DNA of 63,924 nt, the filler included, from Malassezia furfur (lineage: Eukaryota), in the NCBI GenBank assembly GCA_052055015.1. It is 4 parts of 4 records of this genome, joined end to end, with 100 filler letters (N's around TTAATTAATTAA, not from the genome) between each part and the next. Parts side by side here need not be neighbours in the genome. Positions count along the whole stretch, not along the records: positions 1 to 16,971 come from JBQJIT010000236.1; positions 17,072 to 34,002 come from JBQJIT010000237.1; 2 more parts are not named here. One strand, 5' to 3'. Of this stretch, positions 10,601 to 22,253 are shown piece after piece. Below the pieces are notes generated by a model, which saw only the letters and a program-made list of their open reading frames with translations, ran no database searches and was not told where the DNA came from. A program made the translations under genes and the position numbers. Position 1 is the stretch's first letter, and every line of letters starts with the position of its first letter.

Positions 10601-13600
10601 CAGTGCGGAGCTCGCGGTGCGCCAGCGCCGCAAGGAGCTGGGCATCACGCCGTTTGTCAAGCAGATCGACACGGTCGCCGCCGAGTTCCCCGCGCAGACC
10701 AACTATCTCTACATGACGTACAACGCGGTGGAGAGCGACATTGGCTTCCACGACCACGGCGTGATGGTGCTGGGCTCGGGTGTGTACCGCATCGGCTCCT
10801 CGGTCGAGTTCGACTGGTGTGCGGTGCGTGCGATCCGCACGCTCCGCGAGAAGGGCTACAAGACGGTCATGGTCAACTACAACCCCGAGACCGTGTCGAC
10901 GGACTACGACGAGGCCGACCGCCTGTACTTTGAGAACATCTCGCTCGAGACCGTGATGGACATCTACGAGATGGAGCAGAGCTCGGGCGTGATCATCTCG
11001 ATGGGTGGCCAGACGCCGAACAACATTGCGCTGCCGTTGCACCGTCAGGGTGTCAAGGTGCTCGGCACGTCGCCCGAGATGATTGACATGGCTGAGAACC
11101 GGTACAAGTTCTCGCGCATGCTCGACAAGATCGGCGTCGACCAGCCCATGTGGAAGGAGCTGACGAGCCTCGAGGACGCGTACGCGACGTGCGCGCGCTT
11201 CGGCTACCCTGTGCTGGTCCGTCCGTCGTACGTGCTGAGTGGTGCGGCGATGAACGTCGTCTATTCGCCCGAGGACCTGAGCAGCTACCTGTCGCAGGCC
11301 GCGGCGATCAACCGTGAGCATCCCGTGGTGATCACCAAGTACCTCGAGGGTGCCAAGGAGATCGAGATGGATGCCGTCGCCAAGGACGGCAAGCTGATCA
11401 TGCACTACGTCTCCGAGCACGTTGAGAACGCCGGTGTGCACTCGGGTGACGCCACGCTGATCCTTCCCCCGCAGGACCTCGAGCCGGAGACGGTGCGCCG
11501 CATCGAGCTCGCCACGAGCAAGATTGGCGCTTCGTTGAACGTCACGGGCCCCTTCAACATCCAGTTCATCGCTAAGAACAACGAGATCAAGGTGATCGAG
11601 TGTAACGTGCGTGCTGCGCGCTCCTTCCCCTTCGTCAGCAAGGTGACGGGCGTGGATGCAATTGAGCTCGCGACGTGTGCGATGATGGACCTGCCCGTGG
11701 AGCCGTACCCGGCCGTGGAGTTGCCGCACCAGTACGTCGGTGTCAAGGTGCCGCAGTTCTCCTTCTCGCGTCTGGCCGGTGCCGATCCGATTCTCGGCGT
11801 GGAGATGGCTTCGACCGGTGAGGTGGCGTGCTTTGGCCGCAACAAGTACGAGGCGTACCTGCGTGCCATGCTGGCGTCCGGCATCAAGCTGCCGACGAAC
11901 AACGTGCTGCTGTCGGTGGGCAGCTTCAGCGAGAAGCAGGAGCTGCTGCCGAGCGTGCGTACGCTGCACCAGCTCGGCTTTACGCTGTACGGCTCGTCGG
12001 GTACGGCCGACTTCTACTCGGAGAACGGCATTCCGGTGATCCAGCTCGAGGCCCTGCCCGAGGACGACGACTTCAACAGTGACGAGAACAGCGGCAAGGC
12101 GTCCTACTCGCTGCTGACGCACCTGACGCAGGGCGTGAGCAGCCTGTTCATTTCGCTGCCGAGCAAGAACAAGTACCGCCGTCCGTCGTCGTTCATGTCG
12201 ATGGGCTACCGCGCACGTCGTCTGGCGATCGACCGCTCCATCCCGCTGATCACCAATGTGAAGAACGCCAAGCTGTTTGTCGAGGCGCTTGCGGTGCACC
12301 GCAAGCTCGGCAGCCGCTTTGACATCTTCCCGATCGATGCCAAGACGAGCCACCTGACCTACTCCTTCCCCGGACTGGTCGGCGTGCAGGCGTTTGTGCC
12401 GTCGCTTGGCAGTGAAGTGCGCGTCGACGACGTGGCGGCCTACACGCGCGCCGCGGCACTCGGCGGCTTCACCAACCTTGTGCTTGCTCCGACCGGCGCG
12501 CAGGGCGCCGTGTACAATGAGGCGACGCTTGCCGCTGCGGAGGCGGCGCTCGAGGGGCAATGCGCGACGGACGTGTCGCTGACGCTGCTGGCGGACCCCG
12601 CGTACGTGCAGTCGTACGCGGAGCTGGCGCCGCGTGTGCGTGCGCTGTTCATCTCGTTCCGTGCGGCGCAGCACGCGCAGAACAAGCAGCCTGCAACGCT
12701 TGCGGCCTACTTTGAGCACTGGCCCGAGGACAAGCTGATCGTGACGGACGCAGGTGCCGCGGACCTTGCGTCGGTGCTGCTGTACGCCAGCCTGCACAAC
12801 CGCACGGTGCACATCACCAACGTCGCGACCAGCGCTGAGCTGCAGCTCATTGCGCTGAGCAAGCAGAAGGGCCTGCGTGTTACGTGCGACGTGAACATCT
12901 ACGCGCTCTTCTTCCACACGGACATCTACCCCACCGCTACGTGTCTCCCGTCGAAGGACGAGCAGGAAGCGCTCTGGGCACACCTCGACAAGATCGATGC
13001 CTTTTCGCTGGGCGACGCGCCCTTCGTGCTCGCCGAAGAGGTCGGTTACGCGCCGCCGCCGTTTGCGGGGCTCGAGGAAGCGATGCGCTTGCTGCTCAAT
13101 GCGGCCAACGAACAGCGCCTCACGCTCGACGCGGTGCTGGACAAGATGAGCACCAAGCCGCGCGAGATCTTTGGTCTGCCCGAGCAGGCCGACACCTCGG
13201 TGTCCGTCGAGGTGGACCGCGCTGCGCCGCTCACCAAGGCATCGGACTACTGGTCTCCGCTCGATACGACTGCGCTGTGCGGCGGCGTGCACCGCGTGCT
13301 CTTCCGCGGCACGACGATCGTGCTCGACGGCGAGTACCTGCACACCGACGCGCTCCTCGGTGCCAACATCAGTGCGCTCAGCGCCGGCAAGCCGCTGGAC
13401 CCGCGCGCGGATGCGCCGCCCTCGCCGACGCTCGCGATGCGCTCGCCCGGCGCCAAGCGTGCGTTTGGGCGCACCGACTCTTTCCGCCCGCTCACGTCGA
13501 TCGGCGGCGTGGCGGCGGCGAGCACGGGCCTGTCGCGCGACACGGAGCTGCGCGAGCTGCCGCCGTCGATGATGGGCGAGGTGCAGCCCAAGATGGCGCT

Positions 13601-14549
13601 GCAGCTCTACCACCCGACCTTCTCGCGGCGCCACATCCTGTCGGTGAAGCAGTTCAACCGCGAGGACCTCCACGCGCTGTTCACCGTGGCGCAGGAGATG
13701 CGCTTCCTGGTCGAGCGCTACGGCGTGCTCGATCTGCTGCGTGGGCGCGTGATGAGCACGCTGTTCTACGAGGAGTCGACGCGCACCTCGTCGTCGTTTG
13801 ATGCGGCGATGAACCGCCTCGGCGGCCGCGTCGTGGCGATCAACACGTCGCGCTCGTCGGTCGCCAAGGGCGAGACGCTCGCCGACACGGTGCGCACGCT
13901 TGGGTGCTACAGCGATGTGGTGGTACTGCGCCACCCCGCGGTGGGCTCCTCACAGGAGGCTGCCAAGTTCTCGCCCGTGCCGATCATCAATGCGGGCGAC
14001 GGCGTGGGCGAGCACCCGACGCAGGCGCTCCTCGACGTGTTCACCATTCGCGAGGAGCTCGGTACGGTCAACGGCCTGACCATCACGCTCGTCGGCGACC
14101 TCAAGAACGGGCGCACGACGCACTCGCTCGTGCGCCTGCTCGCGCAGTACGGTGTGACGCTCAACTTCGTGTCGCCCCCGTCGCTCGAGATGCCGCGCGA
14201 GGTGGTGCGCGAGCTCTCCAAGCAGCGCATCACTATGTTCGAGACGAGCAACCTCGACGACGTGATTGGCTCCACCGACGTGCTCTACGTGACGCGCATC
14301 CAGCGCGAGCGCTTCGCGAGCATGGACGAGTACGAAAAGGTCAAGGGCAGCTACGTGGTGAACAACGACGTGCTCGCCCGCGCCAAGGCGGACACGGTCG
14401 TCCTCCACCCGCTGCCCCGCGTCGACGAAATCGACCCGGAGGTCGACTTCGACACGAAGCGTGCCGCCTACTTCCGCCAGATGCGCTGCGGTCTGTTTGT
14501 GCGCATGGCGCTCCTCGCCATGGTGCTCCAGCCGAGCGACCGCGCCTAA
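7686..14549 (+). CDS. URA2: Multifunctional CAD-like protein: glutamine amidotransferase + carbamoyl-phosphate synthetase + inactive DHOase-like domain + aspartate transcarbamoylase; no coding introns seen
   Basis: GICLGHQ and QFHPE (GATase), [10 protein letters not shown] and duplicated ATP-grasp (CPS), [21 protein letters not shown] (ATCase). The DHO segment [10 protein letters not shown] lacks the HxH metal ligands. Confidence 0.97.
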   Translation: MTGEVPTAGARAALDGISPSLRSALVDQVPSRAPSPALPATSNPIGDDAASTMVLELADGTEYQGISFGAEGKSISGECVFQTGMVGYVESLTDPSYEGQILVLTYPLIGNYGVPKRPTGETFPKLAAPFESSRIHVAGLVVAYYSHDFSHYLAASGLSDWLKENGVPAVYGIDTRALTKRIRTKGSMLARLLAPNGRMALPSADWRSRFQDVAWHDPNNENLVKRVSRPAPELYTPQDTAPAGLRTANAPTLTHASGRAIRILALDMGMKMNQVRCFTSRGVELKVVPFDYDFLAEQEPFDGLFVSNGPGDPTQCMATVERLRMLLNRVEDPIPVFGICLGHQLLALAAGAQTSKMKYGNRGQNIPCTDQLSGRCYITSQNHGYAVDAASLPVGWKELFVNANDGSNEGIYCENFPYFSVQFHPESTAGPRDTEYLFDVFIRAVIDNAAVRAAGKVAPHAVAFPGGKLADHEAAHPRLHLRKVLVLGSGGLSIGQAGEFDYSGSQAIKALKEEGIYTILINPNIATIQTSSGLADKVYFLPVTPEFVLKVLRHERPDGIYCTFGGQTALNVGIKIKDELGPLGVRNLGTPIDTIIKTEDRDLFAKAMEEIGERCAPSASANNWDEALAASKTIGFPVIVRAAFALGGLGSGFAKNEDELRRLCHAAFANSPQVLVEKSMKGWKEVEYEVVRDCRDNCITVCNMENFDPLGVHTGDSIVIAPSQTLSDEDYNMLRTTAVNVIRHLGVVGECNIQYALNPHSREYCIIEVNARLSRSSALASKATGYPLAFVAAKLGLNIPLNELRNNVTRETSACFEPSLDYVVTKIPRWDLRKFERVSSKLGSSMKSVGEVMAIGRTFEESMQKAIRSIDPSYDGFGRNDMVTSDAEIQQELEFPTDKRIFAIGNALYRNYTVDQIHALSNIDRWFLRKLEGITIAAKALEASSAQPLERGLLRQVKQLGFSDRQISRHVASAELAVRQRRKELGITPFVKQIDTVAAEFPAQTNYLYMTYNAVESDIGFHDHGVMVLGSGVYRIGSSVEFDWCAVRAIRTLREKGYKTVMVNYNPETVSTDYDEADRLYFENISLETVMDIYEMEQSSGVIISMGGQTPNNIALPLHRQGVKVLGTSPEMIDMAENRYKFSRMLDKIGVDQPMWKELTSLEDAYATCARFGYPVLVRPSYVLSGAAMNVVYSPEDLSSYLSQAAAINREHPVVITKYLEGAKEIEMDAVAKDGKLIMHYVSEHVENAGVHSGDATLILPPQDLEPETVRRIELATSKIGASLNVTGPFNIQFIAKNNEIKVIECNVRAARSFPFVSKVTGVDAIELATCAMMDLPVEPYPAVELPHQYVGVKVPQFSFSRLAGADPILGVEMASTGEVACFGRNKYEAYLRAMLASGIKLPTNNVLLSVGSFSEKQELLPSVRTLHQLGFTLYGSSGTADFYSENGIPVIQLEALPEDDDFNSDENSGKASYSLLTHLTQGVSSLFISLPSKNKYRRPSSFMSMGYRARRLAIDRSIPLITNVKNAKLFVEALAVHRKLGSRFDIFPIDAKTSHLTYSFPGLVGVQAFVPSLGSEVRVDDVAAYTRAAALGGFTNLVLAPTGAQGAVYNEATLAAAEAALEGQCATDVSLTLLADPAYVQSYAELAPRVRALFISFRAAQHAQNKQPATLAAYFEHWPEDKLIVTDAGAADLASVLLYASLHNRTVHITNVATSAELQLIALSKQKGLRVTCDVNIYALFFHTDIYPTATCLPSKDEQEALWAHLDKIDAFSLGDAPFVLAEEVGYAPPPFAGLEEAMRLLLNAANEQRLTLDAVLDKMSTKPREIFGLPEQADTSVSVEVDRAAPLTKASDYWSPLDTTALCGGVHRVLFRGTTIVLDGEYLHTDALLGANISALSAGKPLDPRADAPPSPTLAMRSPGAKRAFGRTDSFRPLTSIGGVAAASTGLSRDTELRELPPSMMGEVQPKMALQLYHPTFSRRHILSVKQFNREDLHALFTVAQEMRFLVERYGVLDLLRGRVMSTLFYEESTRTSSSFDAAMNRLGGRVVAINTSRSSVAKGETLADTVRTLGCYSDVVVLRHPAVGSSQEAAKFSPVPIINAGDGVGEHPTQALLDVFTIREELGTVNGLTITLVGDLKNGRTTHSLVRLLAQYGVTLNFVSPPSLEMPREVVRELSKQRITMFETSNLDDVIGSTDVLYVTRIQRERFASMDEYEKVKGSYVVNNDVLARAKADTVVLHPLPRVDEIDPEVDFDTKRAAYFRQMRCGLFVRMALLAMVLQPSDRA

Positions 14550-14600
14550 GCCATAGTGTTTGTGTATCCAACGTGATCGTGATCCAAACTCGCTGCGTGT

Positions 14601-15582
14601 CTACGAACGCGACGCACGGTACTCTTGCTCGATACTCGTCACCGTCGTCGCCATCTCGGTGTCGAGCTGCTCGAGCGCACGCAGGGCCGCACGGTGGTAC
14701 TCGAGCTGCGCCTGCACAAACGACGCCAGGCTCTTGGCCGGCTCGGGGTTGTCGAGCACCGTCTTCATCAGGCTGATCGCCTCCTCGGTCGCGCTTACGA
14801 GCTTGTCCTCGGCCAGTTCCACGTCCGTGCTGTACACCTCGAGCTTGGCACTCGCCGTGCCGCTCGCCTCGGCAGACTTCAGCGAGCTGCGCTTCGAGTC
14901 GAGGTGCAAACGCGCTTCCTTGACCGCATTCCGCGCTCTGCGTTAGTCCTACCACGTACTTGAGCGCCAGCTGGATCTGCGCGCCAAACGCGCTCCACAC
15001 ATTTACAAACGACTGCACCACCGCCTTGTCCTGCGCGATGCGCGCATTGCCAATCTCGTCCTGGCACACGGCAAACTTCTGCAGGAGCTCCCCAAGCCGG
15101 CTCTCGTTCGTCGGCACCGGGTCAGCACCCATGTGCGGAGCGGCCATCTGCGGACTCTTGCCCAGGTCAATTGCCGCCGTCGCTGCACTACGCGACAGCG
15201 CGTGCGACAGCGTGCGGGGCTCCGTCGAGGGCGCATTTGTCGGCTGCACGTGCGGCAACGCCGTGTGCTTCGTTGCGCTCGCCGCCCACGTCGACAGCGT
15301 GTGGCTCAGTGACTGCGCACCGTAGGTGACAGAATCCTGCAGATGGCCAGGGTAGTCGTACCCCTCGTGCTCAAACGTGCGCGCCGTGCGCATCACCGCT
15401 TGCTGCGCGTTCTTGAGCGCATCCACGCGCTGCTCCAGCTCGCGGTACTCATCCGGCAGCTCAGTGATGTCGTTCGTGTGCCCCAGCCGCTCACGCGCGT
15501 GCTGGTTGAGCGTGCCGAAGCGCTCCGTGATCTTCTGACCGATCGGCGCAACGCTCGACGTGAGGTTCTTCCAGTGCTCCAT
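14601..15582 (-). CDS. GVP36: BAR-domain protein of the Gvp36 family (1 intron)
   Basis: RERLGHTNDITELPDEYRELEQRVDALK and ELAEDKLVSATEEAISLMKTVLDNPEP. 22-nt intron 14938-14959. Confidence 0.8.
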
Positions 15583-15708
15583 GCTGATGGGAAAGAGGCG
15601 TCCCGGCCGGCCGGCCGAGCGCACGTGGCATGCGGAGACAAAGGGCCGTGCGCCCACAACGCCGCGCAGGCCTCGGACCGGCAATTCGGTACACCGTCTG
15701 CGTCCCAG

Positions 15709-15956
15709 GTAGGTATGCGCTCGTCTGCTTCTGCGAAATGTCTAGGGTGTGCTATGCGACGTCACCGCACCTGCTTGGCGGTCCTAACCCGGAAGCGGAG
15801 CCACATTGTCTCACGAGCACGCCCTGCTCCTCTTCGCCCAGCGGCCTATAGCTATGTTAATTTTTGCATGCCTATCCTAGCGATGAAAGCATTTCGCTCT
15901 TTGCTACACGTTGGCCCCTCCGGCTCGCCCTCTTGACCGCTCCGCGTCTTTTCTAG
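15709..15956 (+). ncRNA. Candidate 248-nt 5'-UTR intron of EAF3 hosting a structured RNA (possible H/ACA-type snoRNA)
   Basis: CAG|GTAGGT donor, TTGAC branch-like motif and TCTTTTCTAG acceptor. Internal 10-bp stem 15744-15753/15816-15825 and ACA at 15906-15908. No RNA family positively recognised. Confidence 0.35.
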
Positions 15957-16017
15957 GCGAGCGGCGCGTAACGTCCCACGGCGCGGTGGAGGCGGCTCTT
16001 TGCCTCCACCTCGCGCG

Positions 16018-16971
16018 ATGCAATACGAGCCGGACGAAAAGGTGCTCTGCTTCCACGGCCCCTTAATATACCAGGCCAAAGTACGCTAGGCCACTTACCC
16101 AGATTCTTCTTGCCGAGGATTGGAAGGGCGATGACAACCAGAATGGGGCGGTTGGGCCGCACTTTCTCGTGCACTATCAGGGATGGAAAAAGACGTGCGT
16201 CGGCGCGCGACTGACGCAGATGGGACGAATGGGTGCCCGAGACGCGCCTGCTGAAATACAACGAGGAGAATTTGGCGCGGCAAAAGGCGCTCGTGGAGGC
16301 ACAGAAGGCCGAGGCGCAGGCCGCGGCGCAGTCGGCCGGCCACGCGGATGGTGGTTCGCACGCGGCTGGCAAGCGTGACCAGCGCAAGGCGTCGGGCACG
16401 GCGAGTGGGAGCCGCGGGACGAAGCGGAGTCGTGAATCGACGGAACACGACGATTCCGAACGGCGGCCGGAGATCAAGCTAGTGCTTCCCGACTCGCTCA
16501 AAGTGCAGCTCGTGGACGACTGGGAGAATGTCACGCGCAAGGAGCAGCTTGTGCCGCTGCCGCGCAAGCCCAACGTGCGCGAGATTTTGAAAGAGTATGG
16601 CGATGTGTATCGAGCCGAGCACAAGACGAAACCTGGCGAGTCATCGGCGGTGCTGGACGAGGTGCTTTCTGGGCTGAAGCTGTACTTTGACAAGAGCCTG
16701 CCGCAAAACCTGCTGTACCGTTTCGAGCGTCCTCAGTACGTGGAGATGCGCAAGCTGCACGGCCCGAAGATGGGTGACGGCGACGTCGGTTCGTCGGGCG
16801 CATCGCGTTCTGATTCCAAAGGGCGGGGCGCGCGGAAATCCTCGGCGGCGGACGCGACCGAAGATGCGGCGGGGCAGCCTGCGTCGCTCGAGATGGAAGC
16901 GAGTGGGATCTACGGGGCCGAGCATCTGCTGCGTCTATTTGGTAGGTGGTGGGCTGCTGACACCAGTGAAC
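16018..16971 (+). CDS. EAF3: Eaf3/MRG15 chromodomain-MRG protein, truncated by assembly gap
   Basis: EKVLCFHGPLIYQAK|I, VHYQGWKKT|WDEWVPETRL, LVDDWENVT, LLYRFERPQY and IYGAEHLLRLF. Introns 16081-16102, 16195-16219, 16942-16966. Confidence 0.93.
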
Positions 16972-17071
16972 NNNNNNNNNNNNNNNNNNNNNNNNNNNNN
17001 NNNNNNNNNNNNNNNTTAATTAATTAANNNNNNNNNNNNNNNNNNNNNNNNNNNNNNNNNNNNNNNNNNNN
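16972..17071. other. Artificial contig-join linker (44 N + TTAATTAATTAA + 44 N)
   Basis: Six-frame stop linker between N runs. The same structure occurs three times in the window. Confidence 0.97.
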
Positions 17072-17460
17072 CGGCGCCGGCGCCCTTGCTCATGCGGCTA
17101 ATCGCGCCGGCGATCCCGTGCCCGCCAAGCGACTGCGTCGTTATCCCGGACGGCGTGGTGACGGTGATCATGTTCGCGTCGTTCTGGTCGACGCTGCATT
17201 CGATCCGGTAGCCGGGGGGCAGGAAGGTGTTGAAGCCCTGGATGAGGCTCGGCTGCCCACGGAACAGCGTCGAGACACGCTCGATCACGCCCGGCGTATC
17301 GATCGCCTGGCTCTTAAACTGGCGGGTGAGCAACGCAGCGGATACGCACGTCCTTCATGATATCCAGAAACCGATTGTACACATCGGGATGGTCCGTGAA
17401 TTGCACCTTGACCTGGTCGAGGTACGAGAGCGCATCTCGTACATTCAGCGTCGCCTGCAT
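17072..17460 (-). CDS. SIN3: Sin3 transcriptional corepressor, N-terminal PAH1 fragment (rest lost in gap)
   Basis: [17 protein letters not shown]...[47 protein letters not shown]. 31-nt intron 17319-17349. Start codon tentative. Confidence 0.9.
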
Positions 17461-17761
17461 AAGTCTCCGGATGTTCGCAACGTACCATGGTCGCGCACGC
17501 TGCGTGTCCCGCACAAGGTTCGGATGCTCACCCCCACGCTCCACGCTGCGTGGCTCGTGGCGAACGAGCCGGAAGTCATGCGCCTGCGGCGCAAAGCCCG
17601 TGCACGTGATGCCTCCACACGCACGCCGTCCGGCACGCACGCCCTCTCCACCGCGCACGCGCCGCGCCGCGCCCAGCGCCGCGCCTCACACCGCGCCGCG
17701 CCCCGCACCGTGCCGCCGGCGCCGTGCACGCACGGCCGCCGCTTGCCCACCCTACGCAGTC

Positions 17762-19109
17762 CTACGCATATACACTCCCGGGCGCCGACCAGCGGCCGAG
17801 CGCATAGTTCAGTCGGATAATCACCAGATCGCGGCCCATCCGCACCGAGTCGCGCAGCAGCGAGATTTTGCTTCCGTCAATCTCGGTCCAGTGCACCGCC
17901 TTCTCGGCCACCGGCACCGCAAGGCGCAACAGCACATCGCCGCGCGCATCGACGTCGCCGCCGCCATAGCGCAGCATGTAGTCCGCCTCGCTCGCACGGC
18001 TCGCCATCTCCGCCAACAGCAGCAGCTCCACGTCAAAGATCCAGCGGTCAATGTGCGCAATCGGAAAAATGGTCGCGGCCGTCGCGCGCGAAAACAGCTT
18101 GAAGCCACACTGGGTATCGCGAATCGCCGGTTGCACCGCCAGCTTCTGCACCTCTGCGCCCGCCGCGGGGCGGCGCAGGCGCGCAGGTACCACCCGGTCT
18201 ACCATGTGCGTCCACATCGCTTGCACGCTCGGCGGGCGCATGAGCATCGAAAGCAGCACGTGGAATCCACGCATGAGCAGGTTGCGCACCCAGCTGCGTT
18301 TGACCACCGCCTCGCTCTTGACGAGGTGCGCGCGCGAGCCCACTACGACCCCATGACCCGCCGGCGTCAGGATGCGCACCATCTCGCGCGCAAGCACGCC
18401 CATGTCCGCGAACCGCGTCGCGCCGTCCGCATCGGCAAACAGCACAAACGCCCCGCGCGCATGCAGCACGCCGTGCCGCACCGCTGCGCCCTTGCCCCGG
18501 TTTGTATGCAGCTTGGTGATCCGGATCTCGGCACCGGGCAGCAGGGGGCGCGCCGACGCATACGCCATCGCGACGTCGTACGTCGCGTCGCGCGACCCGT
18601 CGTCCACCAGCACCAGCTCGTACGTCCGCAGCGGCGTCGTGAGCGCTGCGGCCGCCGACGGCGCACGCGCGCTCGGCGCGTCCTCAGCGAGCGCCTTGCC
18701 CGCGGACCGCACGCCCTCCAGCCACGCCAGCGCATCGTCAAGCATGGCCGGCAGGCGCGCCGCCTCGTTGTACATCGGCACCACCACCGACAGCTGCACG
18801 TCGGCCGTATCGCGGAGCGAGGGCAGCGGCACCGGCGTGCGGTGTGCCACGCTCGTATACATGCGCTCATCCTGCGTCGTATGAAGCTGTCCCGGACTCG
18901 CGAGGACCAGCACAAGATAGGGCTGCGGGTCAGTCCGTGTTTGTGCAACACACCACCGCAATTGTCAGCACCAGGGTCGTGAGCATCACCCGCACGGGCG
19001 CCACGCCGGACGTGGCCAGCACCAGCCCGGCAAAATAGGCCCACAAGGAGCCGCCGGCACCGCTTGCCGCGCTGCCGGCCGCCCCACCTGCGCAGCAGGG
19101 GCCCGCCAT
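17762..19109 (-). CDS. ALG5: Dolichyl-phosphate beta-glucosyltransferase (GT2)
   Basis: LSVVVPMYNE..RL, VDDGSRD, NRGKGAAV, LFADADGAT, DTQCGFKLF and RWIFDVELL. 31-nt intron 18923-18953. Confidence 0.9.
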
Positions 19110-19227
19110 GGTCGTTCGTGCGCGCCGCCCTTCTTCGCACACGGCCACGCGCACCGACGTGATACGCACGTGGCTTTCCCCGCGTTCGGCGCCGGTTGTG
19201 CGTACATCCACTCCAGACCAGACCACC

Positions 19228-19600
19228 ATGCGCAGCATCGCTTACAAGTTCCCCAAGGACGGCTGGCAGACCATCCTGCTCCTCGCACTCTTCCTGTACG
19301 TCGACCAGGCGGACATCGGCACGATCGGCGCGCGTATCCGCCGCGTGGTCGGTGGGCCGCGTACGCTCGACATTCTGCGCAAACTCGTCGTGGTCGTGCA
19401 CATCGGCGAGGCACTGGGCATGCTCGCGGTCAACGTCCGCCGGGGTGCAACACTCGGCGTTGCGGTAGGTTGCTCTTGGCTCATGGGCAGATCAAGTGGG
19501 TCGCGACCACGCTCGTGCTCGGTTACCCCTCGTGGATCACTTTTGGTCGTACGTCGACAAAACATGCTTACCCTCAGGCCTCAACAACGGGATCTGGTAG
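19228..19600 (+). CDS. Small membrane protein, TMEM254/DUF4499-like (2 introns)
   Basis: Hydrophobic product of about 105 aa with VHIGEAL and KWVATTLVLGYPS. Introns 19465-19490 and 19549-19577 give a clean stop at 19598-19600. Confidence 0.55.
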
Positions 19601-19702
19601 ATGTGTAGCACCGAGCGGGCGCTTGAGTCTTGCCCTTGTACGTGGCGTAGCGCGTTGTAGAGGAAGCGCGCCGAGGCGCCCATCAAAATTAAAAAAAAAA
19701 TT

Positions 19703-19807
19703 CGACGAGAATGAGATTCGAACTCACGCGGGCAGAACCCAATAGCTTACTGACTAAATCGTCATGCGTTTAGCAGGCCACCGCCTTAACCACTCGGCCA
19801 TCTCGTC
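19703..19807 (-). tRNA. tRNA-Ser(GCT) with 23-nt intron
   Basis: GACGAGA/TCTCGTC acceptor, TGGCCGAGTGGTTAAGGC D-arm, CT-GCT-A anticodon loop, GGGT-TCT-GCCC variable arm, GTTCGAATC T-loop, G73. A T10 Pol III terminator follows. Confidence 0.93.
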
Positions 19808-19855
19808 AAACTTCCGACAGGGAAGCGGGTTGGCTGTGTACATAAACCGTACGCG

Positions 19856-20696
19856 CTACATGAACGAGTCGTCGCTCTCGGCGGCCTCGCTGTCGCTGCC
19901 GTCGGCGCCCTGCGCGGCCTTGACGCGCGCGCGTCGCTCCTCGATGCGGTGCTGCTCGGCAATCGCTTCCTCGGAGTACACTGTGTGAGTGGATGAACGG
20001 CGTACAGTGGGAATAGTCGCGCGCCGCAGCCTCCGCCTGGTGCCGCCGCTTGGTCTCGAGCACCTCTTTTTTCTGGGTAAGTGGCGCCTGCGTACCTGTG
20101 CATTGGCAAACTCTTTCTTCTTGCGGCCCAGGGCACGCTCGCGCTCCTGGCGCTCGGCCTCGTAGTCCACCTGGCGTTCTTCGCGCGTCTTGTTCAGGCG
20201 GTTGACGATGGCGTTTTGGCGTTCTTTGACGTAGAACCGCTTGACCTGGCGGTCGTTGAAGAAGGTCACAGCACCGACGGCCATGTCACCCGTTTTCTGG
20301 AGCATAAGGGGTGCGTTCGACGTACCTTGACGTTGCTGTGGGGTGTGTAGATCACCGTGATGTTGTTCTTCTTGTTGCCTGTGGTGAGGCCCGCCGCGTA
20401 CCCTCGATGGAGTTGGCCTTGACCAGCTGCGCACAGTCTTCGAGGAGCGCCTCCGGGATGTCGGTCCACGACGGGATCGTGTCGGGCAGGCGCAGGTAGA
20501 CGTGCGCCGACGACAGCTTATCCACGTGGAACCACACATCTTCGGGCAGACCGTGGCGGAGCAGGTCCTCGTCTGCGTCAGCGGGTGCACCCACTTTCTA
20601 CCTTGTCGCGCCCCATGTAGATGGTGGCAGGCGGGTCCACCGCTGGCCATGAGCTCGCTTTCCCCACGCACCCGTCGACCGAAAAAAGAGCACCAT
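19856..20696 (-). CDS. JLP2: CCDC25/Jlp2 (NFACT-R/DUF814) protein, 6 introns
   Basis: [54 protein letters not shown]. Introns 20643-20671, 20573-20594, 20379-20401, 20297-20325, 20073-20095, 19981-20005. Confidence 0.88.
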
Positions 20697-20760
20697 GGAC
20701 GTAGGCTCGTGCGCGCTCCGTTCACGTGACACGCGTCGTGTGTTGTTCTGTGTGCGGACC

Positions 20761-22222
20761 ATGACCGGATCGGAGTCGCATGGGAATAGTCTCGAGGCGC
20801 GGATGACGTCGATGACGTTGTCTGGCGCCGAGACGAGTACGGGGGCGCCGTCGCGTCACCATGGCGGCGCGACAGCGCTCACGAATACCACCTGGCTCGC
20901 GGCGCAGCAGCGCAAAGCGACGCACCAGCCGTTCCAGCCGCGCCCACTCAAGATGGTCGCGAACCTCGAGGGGAAGACGACGCCGCGGGCGCCGCTCGTG
21001 TCCCGGCATGCGATTGGCAATGTTCCGGGGGGAGGGGCCGCCGCCACGGAGCCCAAGGCGCGCGCGCCGAGCCATGCGTCGGTGCGTCCGCGCGAGGAGA
21101 AGAAGCCGGCGCCGGCGGCGCCGGCGCCCGCGCCCGAGGCGCCGCAGTTTGATCTCGGGCACTACGACGGCGGCCTGGAGCGTGACGAGAGCAAGGGCCG
21201 GCGCGATACGTCGTCGCGGTCGAGCGACGACTGCAATACGCTCGCGATGGACTCGTCCATGGATGGGTGCGTCCAAACCACTGACGCAGCCTGCATCACC
21301 AGCCCACGCGGCAATGGAGCCTGTCGCAGTTTGAGATTGGGCGGCCGCTCGGCAAGGGCAAGTTTGGGCGCGTGTACCTCGCGCGGACGAAGACGGTGAC
21401 CTCGGCGAAGCTGCAGAACCAGGGCTATGTCGTGGCGCTCAAGTGTGTGTACAAAAAGGAGCTCGTGGAGAACAAGGTGGATCTGCAGCTGCGGCGCGAG
21501 ATCGAGATCCAGATGAACTTGCGGCACCCCAACGTGCTGCGCATGTTTGGCTACTTCCACGACCACGGCCGCATTTTTATGATGCTCGAGTTTGCCGGGC
21601 GCGGCGAGCTGTTCAAGATCCTGTCCAAGATGCCGAACCGGCGCTTTGACGAGCCGACGGCCGCGCGGTACATTGCGCAGATCGCCGACGCGCTGCAGTA
21701 CCTGCACTCGAAGCACATCATCCACCGTGACATCAAGCCCGAGAACCTGCTGGTGGGCATCCGCGGCGAGGTGAAGATTGCCGACTTTGGCTGGAGTGTG
21801 CACGCGCCCGGCAACCGGCGCGCGACGCTGTGTGGCACGCTGGACTACCTCCCGCCCGAGATGGTCGAGGGCAAGACGCACAGCGGCGCGGTGGATCTGT
21901 GGGCGATGGGTGTGCTCACCTACGAGTTCCTCGAGGGCGTCCCGCCGTTTGAGGAGCTGAGCGGCGCGAGCAGTACGTGGCATGCTGACCCAGTGACGTA
22001 CAAGCGCATCGCCGCTGTGGACCTGCACATTCCGTCGCACTTTAGCGACGAGGCGAAGGACCTGGTCCGTGCGGTACGTGGGCGTTCGGACGCTGACCGC
22101 AGCTGCTCAAGTACAACCCGGCGGATCGGCTGCCGCTGCACAAGGTGCTGCGGCACCCGTGGATCGTGCGGCACGACCCGCAGGCGGCCGCGCGCGCGGC
22201 GCGCTTTACCCCCGATCGTTGA
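20761..22222 (+). CDS. IPL1: Aurora kinase, 3 introns
   Basis: [65 protein letters not shown]. Introns 21267-21289, 21973-21993, 22074-22102. Confidence 0.95.
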
Positions 22223-22253
22223 TCGCTGTTATTGTCGTAACCATGCTGCCTAT

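Noticed and set aside
12350..13350. Degenerate dihydroorotase domain in URA2 as a novelty or pseudogene
   Set aside because: An inactive DHO-like domain is the established state of fungal Ura2.
9306..13934. 1542-aa minus-strand ORF
   Set aside because: Antisense shadow of URA2, caused by GC-rich codon bias. No recognisable domain.
15705..15716. Minus-strand ATACCTACCTGG resembling the U1 snRNA 5' end
   Set aside because: No U1-70K or U1A loops or Sm site follow, and it runs into the GVP36 ATG. It is better explained as the complement of a plus-strand 5' splice site.
15782..15866. TCCTAA plus an Sm-like site as telomerase RNA
   Set aside because: Only one repeat unit of complementarity, where a template needs more than one, and the interval is far shorter than known fungal telomerase RNAs.
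17016..17027. TTAATTAATTAA palindrome, also at 34047-34058 and 51004-51015, as a repeat or transposon target site
   Set aside because: Always centred in N runs. It is a standard six-frame-stop scaffolding linker, not biology.
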